A DNA stretch of 64,000 nt from a virus. The notes under the pieces are model-generated. The model searched no databases. It was not told where the DNA came from and worked only from the letters and a program-made list of their open reading frames with translations. Positions 47,856 through 57,600 of the stretch are shown here, in pieces. Numbering within the stretch: position 1 is the first letter of the stretch; every line of letters begins with the position of its first letter. The stretch spans positions 1-64,000 of IMG/VR virus record IMGVR_UViG_3300008450_000005. One strand, 5' to 3'. A program made the position numbers and the translations under genes.

Positions 47856-48761
47856 ATGTCAACGATAAGCATCACCGAAATCTTGGGAACTGATTCTATC
47901 TCTGGATCAAGAACAACCATCAATTCCAATTTCATCACTCTGGAAAACTGGGTAAACACCTATTCCACCAATTTTGGAATTGATACAAATAATGGAATCC
48001 TGGATATTTCCACCCAGCCAACCGGAAGGGTATCCGCGAAAATCGGACAATTTAATTCCATTCAGGTCCCAACAGGATCAACTGCAGCAGCACAGATTCT
48101 TTCTAATGGTGCAGGATCGTTTACCGGTCTTTCAACAACAACCTTAACTGGTTCTGGAGCAGTTACATTCAGTGGAACAACCACCGTGACCTCAACCGGA
48201 ACATTCACAGCAGGCGGAACAGCTAACTTCAACGGAAGATTAAATGCGAATTCGTCTTTGGCAATCGGTCCAGCAGGATTTACCCTCTTGGGAAATACCA
48301 CTTACACAACCGGTCTAACAGCCAGTCAGGAATTCCCTGCATCAAATAATGCTTCGCTTAGCGGTGGTGGTGTAACTTCATCACTTAACTCACCCTATGC
48401 AATCACCGGAACAGAGAATGTGATTTTCGCAGATTGCGGTCCAACAGGTTTTTACATGAAAGTTTCTGAAACGTCTGGCGGAACAGCTTCTAACATTCCT
48501 GCAGGTTTCACTGTCACTATCGTTAACACTAAGGGAGCAACGGGATACATCTTCACCGGTGTAACTGGTTCTACCTCTTATTATACAGGCTTCAATACAG
48601 CTGCAGCATACGGAAACTGGCCTTCAGCTGGTATCGTTGTCACAGCCAACTCTCAATATCAATCTTCAATCACTTTGAGATGGGAACCAAGAGTGGCTGG
48701 TGCGCAAGCAACACAAAAAGGATCATGGGTAGTACTAGGAGCTACTAACATGTCCTTTTAA
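47856..48761 (+). CDS. Putative tail fibre/spike protein
   Basis: T/G/S-rich; N-terminal ILGTDSISGSRTTINSNF helix like fibre attachment segments. Confidence 0.6.
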   Translation: MSTISITEILGTDSISGSRTTINSNFITLENWVNTYSTNFGIDTNNGILDISTQPTGRVSAKIGQFNSIQVPTGSTAAAQILSNGAGSFTGLSTTTLTGSGAVTFSGTTTVTSTGTFTAGGTANFNGRLNANSSLAIGPAGFTLLGNTTYTTGLTASQEFPASNNASLSGGGVTSSLNSPYAITGTENVIFADCGPTGFYMKVSETSGGTASNIPAGFTVTIVNTKGATGYIFTGVTGSTSYYTGFNTAAAYGNWPSAGIVVTANSQYQSSITLRWEPRVAGAQATQKGSWVVLGATNMSF

Positions 48762-48787
48762 TTTTAATTAAATAATAGCTCAGGAAA

Positions 48788-50998
48788 ATGGCTAAAACCC
48801 CTTTTATACAACCTTTACAGCTGACCGGCGGAACTTTTTATACGTTCACGTCCGCTGCAGAGGATCTGTCGTTTACTTTCAATAACTCAACTAATAAATT
48901 TAAGTTTTCGAAGTTTGCTCTTTTAAACATCCCAGATATTGATTATTTCGACGCAACAGGGAATACAGTTAAACTGCCTGCACCGGATTCAGCATTTCTT
49001 GATTGGAGTTCAGGAAGTAATGTTCTTGTCCCCGCTGATGGAAATGTAGCATTTTCTCAAAGTTTCCAGAGCTACTGTTTAAATCTAGAAACGACTATCA
49101 CAAGTACGGATGAATACGATCCTACTTTGAAGCAGAATATTTCAGAAAGGGTTTTCTTCAAATGGTTGAAGGAGGTTGGAGCTATGCGTTTCCAACCCGC
49201 ATCATCAACTGAGGTTGCTTCAACGCTCGACCAGAATACTGTCATAGTTACAGACGGATTACCAATCACACAAAAAAGATATGTTGAAGGTGATCCTGTA
49301 GCTGGAGTAACCGGTTCATTTGGATTGACAGGAGCAACTTACAATCGTGTTGTTCAATACGTTGGAGAATTAGACATCGTAAATTCAGTTAAGAACGAGA
49401 ATAACGCATACACTGAAGTTTATGTTTACGTTCCTACTAAAGATGGATCTACGCCAACCGTTCTCTTCAAAAATGTAGTAGATCAAAACTATACATTGGA
49501 TACAACCTGGACTAATAATCCAACCGATCCATTGAATGACGAATATTTGAGCGGAAGATCTTATACTGAAGTCAATCCTAGCGGATTGTCAACTTTAGCT
49601 ATTTTCGACGATGATGTTATTGGCCAGCCTAGTGCGACCTATACCGATACAACAAACGGAACAACAGGATCAGGAAACTGGTATTCTCCAAGAGCAGTAG
49701 CTAATACGTATTTCAACGATGCTACTTTCACCGATCCTACTTCTTTAATTTTAACAAAAACAAACACAGCAACTCCACCATACAACAGTTTAACGTATGC
49801 TAGGACAAAGCTGGATTCAATTGGAATCGATTTCGATACCAATTCTTATTATGATATTATAACAAACCCAAGTATTTCAACTTTCTCTGAGTACAACGCT
49901 ACGGCGGATGCAGAGAATTTTGATTTTAATGCGGTTCTTATTTACTATGATGTTTATGATCCTGCAAATCCAGGTGATTCGGCAACTAACCTCTATGGAG
50001 TTTTATTCTTAGATGATGTTGTAACATCAGGTGGCGAAACATACATCCCTCGTCTTAAGAAGTACAAACCAAACATCGTAACCAAACTCAACGGAAACTC
50101 GTACGGCTTCAAAATCAACCTGAAGTTTGACGTAGATGTTGACCAGACTGGTGTTGAGCAGGCTATTAACGACTACTCTCCATTCTCACTTTCCATGTTC
50201 ATGGACGCTGTGAATGTTCTTCAAGATGCTTCATCAACTTTAAATAACGGTGCAGCTCAGTTCACATCACTCGAGCAAAGAATTACCAGTCTAGAAAATC
50301 TGGTTCTAACTTCAGATTCAGCTTTGGATTTGAATCAAAGAATAAATGCTTTGGAATCAACGATTGCAGCCAATCAGGCTCTTTTCACCAATACACAGGC
50401 AATTGTAGGTTTGATTAATCAGAATTACGAATTGATCAGAGCGATTATCAATAATGATATTCCTTCTATCGAAATCTCCTATAATTTGGACGTAATTAGA
50501 CAGGGATTAGGAGTTTTGGTTAATCGCGATATTCCTAATCAGGTTACAATTTCGAACAATACTCAGAACTACACAATCGGTGCAGGAAATAACGTGGTGA
50601 CGTTTAGTACGTCATCTAATAACATTGTTCCATTGCTACCTTTTGGTAACTACTATAAACATGTTAACGGAGGTACTCCTCTCAGTTTAACATCCGATTT
50701 AACTATCCGCATTGATGATAGTTCTAATAATTGGAAAAGAGGTCAAACACTTCGTTTATCTTTCGGAGATCAAGTATATCCGAACGATTTCGTAGTAACA
50801 ATTTTGACAAACGCATTAGGAAGATATCCTTTATCTTCACCTAGTGGCATTGCATACTCAACTACTATCTTGGTCTTGGACAAGGACGATTTCGCCCAAG
50901 AGTCTAATATACCAACGATAGATATCGTTTGTGTGGACGATGAAAATTTAATTTTCCAAGCTGATATCGTAGGTAAATCTTTAACAAATAATCCGTAA
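48788..50998 (+). CDS. Virion structural protein (tail region)
   Basis: 736 aa; T/N/D-rich with a short coiled coil (LEQRITSLE...LNQRINALE). Confidence 0.6.
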   Translation: MAKTPFIQPLQLTGGTFYTFTSAAEDLSFTFNNSTNKFKFSKFALLNIPDIDYFDATGNTVKLPAPDSAFLDWSSGSNVLVPADGNVAFSQSFQSYCLNLETTITSTDEYDPTLKQNISERVFFKWLKEVGAMRFQPASSTEVASTLDQNTVIVTDGLPITQKRYVEGDPVAGVTGSFGLTGATYNRVVQYVGELDIVNSVKNENNAYTEVYVYVPTKDGSTPTVLFKNVVDQNYTLDTTWTNNPTDPLNDEYLSGRSYTEVNPSGLSTLAIFDDDVIGQPSATYTDTTNGTTGSGNWYSPRAVANTYFNDATFTDPTSLILTKTNTATPPYNSLTYARTKLDSIGIDFDTNSYYDIITNPSISTFSEYNATADAENFDFNAVLIYYDVYDPANPGDSATNLYGVLFLDDVVTSGGETYIPRLKKYKPNIVTKLNGNSYGFKINLKFDVDVDQTGVEQAINDYSPFSLSMFMDAVNVLQDASSTLNNGAAQFTSLEQRITSLENLVLTSDSALDLNQRINALESTIAANQALFTNTQAIVGLINQNYELIRAIINNDIPSIEISYNLDVIRQGLGVLVNRDIPNQVTISNNTQNYTIGAGNNVVTFSTSSNNIVPLLPFGNYYKHVNGGTPLSLTSDLTIRIDDSSNNWKRGQTLRLSFGDQVYPNDFVVTILTNALGRYPLSSPSGIAYSTTILVLDKDDFAQESNIPTIDIVCVDDENLIFQADIVGKSLTNNP

Positions 50999-51000
50999 GA

Positions 51001-54000
51001 ATGGCTGCTACCCAGAATTCGATAAGTTCTTTAATCGCCCAGTTTCTGAGGCTACAAACAAACGCTCTTGAAATTATTCAAGGTTTAAATCAGGTTGCTA
51101 CCTCGACAAACGAATCTGTAGAAATCCAAATTTTGGATGAAAATGGAACACCTCGAGTAGTTAGCGTACCAGGATTTGGATATCTGCAAAATCAAATCGA
51201 TAGACTCGATAATAACGTTGAAGCTTTGGCCGGTTTAGGCACAAATGCTTCTACTGTTAGAAACGCGGACGGGACGTACGCTCAAATCTATAAAGCCCAG
51301 CCACTGCAGGATCCTCCTGCATTAATTGGTTTGAATGTTCCAAAAACATTCGGAACCAAAAATAACTGGTTTTTTGAGAGCTTTTTAACGCCTCTTCTCT
51401 ACGTTCAAATCGATCTTACCAATCAGATATCAGCCTTATCAGAGAATGATAGATTGATGGTCGAGAATGCAGATCGTATCCTTTGCCGCAGAATCATCGC
51501 TAACACATTAACAGACACAGAAAGAACTTTCTTCGACAGTAATCTCAAAGGTAGGAACGATCTTACCTATACAGAATTTGTCACGGAATTGACCAACGCT
51601 GGTATCAACTATTTTGTTGACGAGGACATTTTACAACTTCCTTTGAGAACACTAGCTAATGTTGGAAATTTCAGTGTTTTAGGTGTTTATGATGATGTTG
51701 TAACTGTATATGATGCATCCGGAACAGCCAGACAGGAGACTAGAAGAAACTATTCCTTAGATACACTTAATTATACTGATGTCACTAGTAATATACAAGG
51801 AGGAAAAACCCTTGATGTAAACGATCTATTGGCAACAGAAGACGGATCAAGATATAGAATCGTTTCTATCGACAGAAGCCAAGGATCGGTTCAGGTAACA
51901 AGAGTTGCTGGATATCAGCCAATTTCTATTGGTGAGAATTCCTTAAGTTTTGTTTCCCAACAATTTTCTCCCAAGTATATCGACGTCAATGTCGGATACA
52001 ACGAAAGACAGGGTATTTTCTTCAAAACCCTAGACGATAATTTCAATCTGATTGGTTCACAATGGTCAACAGGGGTTACATTCTGGAGCTCAGAATTGAC
52101 CATCACAACTCCATTAGGGGTTCAAAGCCTTGAGACCTATTACAACACACAGGTTGCTGACATTGGTCAGATTTTCTTTGGAATGGCTAAGGAAAGAAAA
52201 GTTTCTGCCATCCAAGGTTTAATCCCGAACACTCCAGTTGTTAATACCACAGACTTCAAAGTTGTCCAGATCAATAAGCAATTAACGGATAACACAAGTA
52301 CCACGCAACTGAATGATCTGCTGGCTCAGAAATCTCAATTAAAAAGCGAAATTTCAGAGCTTGACCAGGCAATCAATAGAGTGAGATCTCAAGTGAATAC
52401 CTTACAGGGTTCGGTTGGCGTTTCTTCGCTTCCAACAAGTGGATTATCTTTGACCAGTCCGGTTTCAACGGTTCAAACGTCAGGTTTATCTTCTTTGGTG
52501 GCTATAACTCAGCCTTCCTTCAACCAGGTATCGGATCCTTCTCAGGTAAATTCTTTACAGTCACAATTAAATAGCTTAACAATTCAAAGGAATCAAAAAT
52601 CTCAACTTTATGATTCCGTTGTTCAGTCTATCAGAACAACGTCTTTGGATGTACCTCAGCTTTCTGAACCACCTAAATATCGTGTAAGAGGTTTTTGGCC
52701 TATTCCCGAGCCAAAGGAAAGTCCAGAAACGGGTCCACAGGCTGTTATTCAATTCCAAATCCGTTACAGGTATAGAAGCCAATCGGGTGCGGTTCAACCA
52801 ACCGAACAAATCGAATACCAAGATTTAAATGGCGAAAGAAAAACAGGAGCTTTTTCTAACTGGGTAGTTATTAAAACTGAGGTTAGAAAAAAGATCTATA
52901 ATATTGAATCGGGAACTTATGTTTGGGCGGATGAAAATCCAGATAATGCAGACGTTGTCAACATCAATCAGCTAGATATTGCTATCACTAAAGGTGAGCA
53001 GTTAGAGATCCAGATCTTATCGATCTCAGAAGCTGGATGGCCAGACAATCCTCTCCTTTCTCCATACTCTAATTCTGTTATTGTTACATTCCCAGAGAAT
53101 TTAACAACTGAATCGCAATTAACTACAGTATTAAACAATAGCACGGATCAAGCATTGGTCATCATGAAGCAGGAATTATCTGCTCAAGGATTGAACTCTC
53201 ACTTGTCCGAGCAATTTGAGACTAATAATAGAACCTTCTATCACACAGCAAACGGAATTGCTTCCGGTTTCTTTGGTAATGATGGAACGGTTATTAATCT
53301 CTACCAAAAATTGGTCGACCTTCAGAATCAGGTTGACGCATTACGTGCACTTGTTAACCAGCAGGTTGGGGAATTGGCAGTGGAGATCATCAGCTCAGAT
53401 CTGCAGATCCCTGCGGGTTCTGTTGCTCCCGGATCGACAGTTTCATTGGAAGTTCAACCATTTTCAAATGTTTACCAGAATCCTTTAACAACAGACGCAG
53501 GAAAGATCAGTACCACTACATTAAGCTTGAAGATTTCGAATGTAGCAGCAAGTCCTCTTGAATTATCTTCTTTGCTGCCAGGTTCTATGAGTGTTAAGGT
53601 TTCTGATTCTATCCCGCCGTTAATTGGTTATGCTCAGAATCTCAGATACGAGGATGTACCTGTAAGCCAAAGATCTTTGGAACCAGCCGATATTATCGGT
53701 CCTACAGGAAGTCCTGACAACATGTCAACCTCACAAGCACCTCCATATGCTTCAGCAAACTTATACAGCCAATGGATGTATCCAAGATACAAATCCGTTG
53801 GAGGTGATAGAACACTCTATGTAATTAATGATGCCGCTTATGCATCAAATTATGATTATGCGGGAGCGGTTCCTGTAAACGGTAACCAGCTAATTCCTCA
53901 TGATCCTACCTTGATCAGTCCAAGTGGATCTTTAAGTGGCGGATCTAACGCTTCTGTTTGGTCAGGCGGATATACAGGTGGCACCGGGGCAAGAACACCT

Positions 54001-54642
54001 ATCGGTAATGGTCCATTATCAGAATTCAGCGTGCATATTAATCATCCTTCACTTAATAACGGGAATGGAACTGCATTCCAGGAATTAGTTAAGCCTAATT
54101 ATGCAAACGGTACTATCGTTTATCCTGCGTTCAGACAATCTCTTTATTTCGAGACCGACGTAAATCAGAATGATTACTACAAACAGCTAGGTTACAGACA
54201 GGTTAATACTCCTTTTGTTACCGGTCCTTCTGGTTCTAATAGAACAGATTCGATGTATCCGATGAAATTGGGATTTGAACAGAATGACGAGTTCTTAATA
54301 GGTAAATACTCTTGTGGTTCTTATCTGTTCTTAGCACCAGCTACTAATTCGTCGATCCAAGTTCCTGGAACAACTTCTTTATCTACAACAATTATTGGGA
54401 CTGGAATTTCCAATTCAATTATCATCCCAGTGATATTCCAATTCAGACCAGTGGACAAGCTTGGTTACATAGGAGGATTTAGATTAAATGGTAATTTAAC
54501 TAATATTACTTATTCAAAAACTATCGGAATTGATATCAAACCCAGATATTCTGACGTTTTCTCTTTCGATGTAAAAGTAACAGGAAGATTCAAGACCGAT
54601 GATTTACGCTCTCCATTAACAAATGTCTCACCGAGTCTATAA
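51001..54642 (+). CDS. Large virion structural protein (tail region)
   Basis: 1213 aa; coiled coils plus an FN3-like beta segment. Confidence 0.6.
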   Translation: MAATQNSISSLIAQFLRLQTNALEIIQGLNQVATSTNESVEIQILDENGTPRVVSVPGFGYLQNQIDRLDNNVEALAGLGTNASTVRNADGTYAQIYKAQPLQDPPALIGLNVPKTFGTKNNWFFESFLTPLLYVQIDLTNQISALSENDRLMVENADRILCRRIIANTLTDTERTFFDSNLKGRNDLTYTEFVTELTNAGINYFVDEDILQLPLRTLANVGNFSVLGVYDDVVTVYDASGTARQETRRNYSLDTLNYTDVTSNIQGGKTLDVNDLLATEDGSRYRIVSIDRSQGSVQVTRVAGYQPISIGENSLSFVSQQFSPKYIDVNVGYNERQGIFFKTLDDNFNLIGSQWSTGVTFWSSELTITTPLGVQSLETYYNTQVADIGQIFFGMAKERKVSAIQGLIPNTPVVNTTDFKVVQINKQLTDNTSTTQLNDLLAQKSQLKSEISELDQAINRVRSQVNTLQGSVGVSSLPTSGLSLTSPVSTVQTSGLSSLVAITQPSFNQVSDPSQVNSLQSQLNSLTIQRNQKSQLYDSVVQSIRTTSLDVPQLSEPPKYRVRGFWPIPEPKESPETGPQAVIQFQIRYRYRSQSGAVQPTEQIEYQDLNGERKTGAFSNWVVIKTEVRKKIYNIESGTYVWADENPDNADVVNINQLDIAITKGEQLEIQILSISEAGWPDNPLLSPYSNSVIVTFPENLTTESQLTTVLNNSTDQALVIMKQELSAQGLNSHLSEQFETNNRTFYHTANGIASGFFGNDGTVINLYQKLVDLQNQVDALRALVNQQVGELAVEIISSDLQIPAGSVAPGSTVSLEVQPFSNVYQNPLTTDAGKISTTTLSLKISNVAASPLELSSLLPGSMSVKVSDSIPPLIGYAQNLRYEDVPVSQRSLEPADIIGPTGSPDNMSTSQAPPYASANLYSQWMYPRYKSVGGDRTLYVINDAAYASNYDYAGAVPVNGNQLIPHDPTLISPSGSLSGGSNASVWSGGYTGGTGARTPIGNGPLSEFSVHINHPSLNNGNGTAFQELVKPNYANGTIVYPAFRQSLYFETDVNQNDYYKQLGYRQVNTPFVTGPSGSNRTDSMYPMKLGFEQNDEFLIGKYSCGSYLFLAPATNSSIQVPGTTSLSTTIIGTGISNSIIIPVIFQFRPVDKLGYIGGFRLNGNLTNITYSKTIGIDIKPRYSDVFSFDVKVTGRFKTDDLRSPLTNVSPSL

Positions 54643-54660
54643 AACGTTATATAGAGCATA

Positions 54661-57600
54661 ATGGCAGGAGAAAAATTATACGATAGTAATACTTCGTTTC
54701 AAATTCTTAGAACGAATCCTAAACTAACTGGGAATTTCCGCATCGCGGTGGATTCCCAGAATAAAGTTTGGCTGAATTCTTTGGATGTAAACACCACGCT
54801 ATCAAATAATAGGTACAAAAAATTTGAGGTTACAGGTCAGCAATCTTATGCTACTGATGTCTTCAATTTTTTTCAAAGAGGATCAACCCCTAACGAGGTT
54901 ATCTTCGAGTCTGCCAGTCTAACAGACGGAAACCTACAGTCGAGCACCACCTTCAACGATCAGTATGATTTTTTCTACGCGTCTGGTGCTTCAACTCTGG
55001 TTGATAAAAACTATCCGGAAAATTTCAGATACTTTGCTCCTTTATGGATTAAAGATGTTATTCCTGATTACTTTGTTATATTCAAAGTTCCAAACCCACT
55101 TTCTTTTCCTTACACAACAAACGTAACAAGTATTGTTGCTGGGAAAACATATAAAGTGATCCAAAACCCTACTTCTTCTGATGTATTTTCTGTTAGCTAT
55201 GGAATCGATTTATCTGGTAATCCAGTAACTTACACAGCGGGACAGTTTATCACCGGTGTAGATTCTTATTCAACTTATACAATCATTTCTGGACAGGGTA
55301 ACGTTGCGCTTTTTGACGAGCTTGCATTTTATCCTGAGGTTAGCGATGTTTCTGCGTATTTCGAAGATCAGATACTTCCTAATTGTCAGAGTATTGCTAC
55401 TTTTGATCTTAGAGAGGGAACAACAATCGGAAATTATATCCGTAATCTGTACCGAGACCAGAATTATAACCAATCTCCGGTTACTTTCGGAATGGGCAAT
55501 GCCTACACGTATTGGAATGGTGTAAACCTGACCTCCGGAGTGCTAGGACAAAAAGGAGAAATCCTTGATTCTTATTTTAGAAGCACGAGTTCGATCCCTA
55601 TGATCGACTTCGAAGCCACAATGACTGGAGGATTTGAAAGAAATGGGATAGTTTGTGCCAATCTTTTGAATCTAGAATTCTATTTTGATGACGACGATTC
55701 TGATCTTTACACGATCAATCGTTACTTCGGAGCATACGTTTCTAGAAATGATACAGGATCTTTTAAATTAAATGGTGATTTCTTCTGGGATTACAAAGAT
55801 GAACCCGGAAATTTAAATCTACCCAAACCCACCAGAGACAATTTAGGATATTACTATAACAATGTTAGTGCTTTCCAGAGTTCAACCGGCGGTGTTCGTC
55901 TCTATTACGAGGGAGCAACCGGATGGATTCCTGGTGCATTGGACATTAACCAGAATAATCCAGATAAGCTTTTCTATATTACTGATAAGCTGGATAGATT
56001 ATATTCTTTGAAAAGAACACCGGAAGCTTCCATTCCAGATTATGCTGAATTCGGACCTTGGCTGGGCATAACAGGAGGATTTGGTACCACAGGTTTTGTT
56101 GGTGCGACTTCTGGAAGTCTAGTTATTGGTGATCAGCAAGTAAATCTATTGGACTTCACCGGTCCAGACGATAAGTTAGGATCATTCAACGGATCTACCC
56201 CTGTTGATGCAGGATGCTCTTATATCTCAATCACATTTAAGAATGAGATACCAGTTAGCAAAAAAATAGTTTTTAGAATTGCTTGGCCGGAAGGAAGCAG
56301 AGGAACGCTTCAAGAAAAATTCGATCTCGTAGAGAATGGGGATTTTTCCGGATCGCAAATACGCTGGATCCCTGGTGATTCTTATGCCGTTGGTAATGAT
56401 TATTACTTCAATGGTTTAATTGGCCAAGGTGGAACCGGTGATATTGCTAAAAGTTTTTCCGGAGCAGCTGGAGAGATTACTTCGATTGGCTGGATTTCAG
56501 CACCATCTGGGACTGATTCAGTTATTCGCTTAGTCGTACCTGGAAGTTACGGAAACAAAACTTACAGAGTTTCTGTCCACGACGATTATCAAATTTTTGC
56601 TACAAGCTATGTGGGCGATTGGAATACAACCTCATTTTATCCCACCGGCGTAATTGTTTTATATGGAGGAGAGTATTGGCAATCGATCGCCTCTGTTCCC
56701 TCTACTATCACGGGAAATCTTACCCCCGATAGTGATCCAGTTTTTTGGCAAAAATACTATTCATTAAGTGATACGTCACTTTCTGATACAATCTTTTTGG
56801 ATGGTAAGGACGCTACTTCAATTTCAGGTCCTGTCCATTTTAGAGGAGGAACTGATTCTAACCAGATTAGAGTAGTTTTTGGCAAGGAGAATGATCTTTC
56901 CGTTGTAAAAGGTAATTGGATCGAAACCACCACAGGATTCTCAATAATCAAGCAGGTTGACAAATACGTTGACTCACCTTCATTCACGAACGGATTTCCT
57001 AGCGGATGGAATGGATACAATAGTTTATCTGTAGCGGTTTTGGCTGATCAAAATGCCATCGTGAGTTTCGGTACCAATAGGCAATTCAACGCCTTTAAGA
57101 TGACCGAACTTTCAACAGGTGTATTTACATTTTTTGACGTTAGAGATCTTGATTTCGATTTCTATTCATCTGTTTATGCAACGACTCCAACACCGGAATT
57201 CTATAGATATTTCCAGCTTATTTCTAATCAGGCAGGAAACATCATTAATGGCGTAAAATATCTGGTTCAGACTGGTTCTATCACTTACAATGGAACGGTT
57301 TATACACCTGGTAAAATATTCATAGGAACCAGCTCTGCAAATCTTTTCATAGATAACATTCAGAGCGGACCAAAATCAATTGTTGTACCGGCGGAATTTA
57401 CTAAGCTTGTTTATAGTGATTCTTCGGCAACGTATAACGTTCCAGTTGATGCTGAGAACAATATTGGGAAATTCCAAGGATTTATCGGGATTGAATCAAT
57501 TTCTACCATAAATCGTGATCCCAATCTTACACCAAAAGAATATCAATTCGAAGGGAATAAACTCACGAATGAGTATGATTATCTCGAAGAGAACTATACG

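Noticed and set aside
47810-47959. Track N-terminal extension of phoH
   Set aside because: It overlaps the divergent gene at 47856 and the promoter box; ATG 47809 gives a normal-length PhoH
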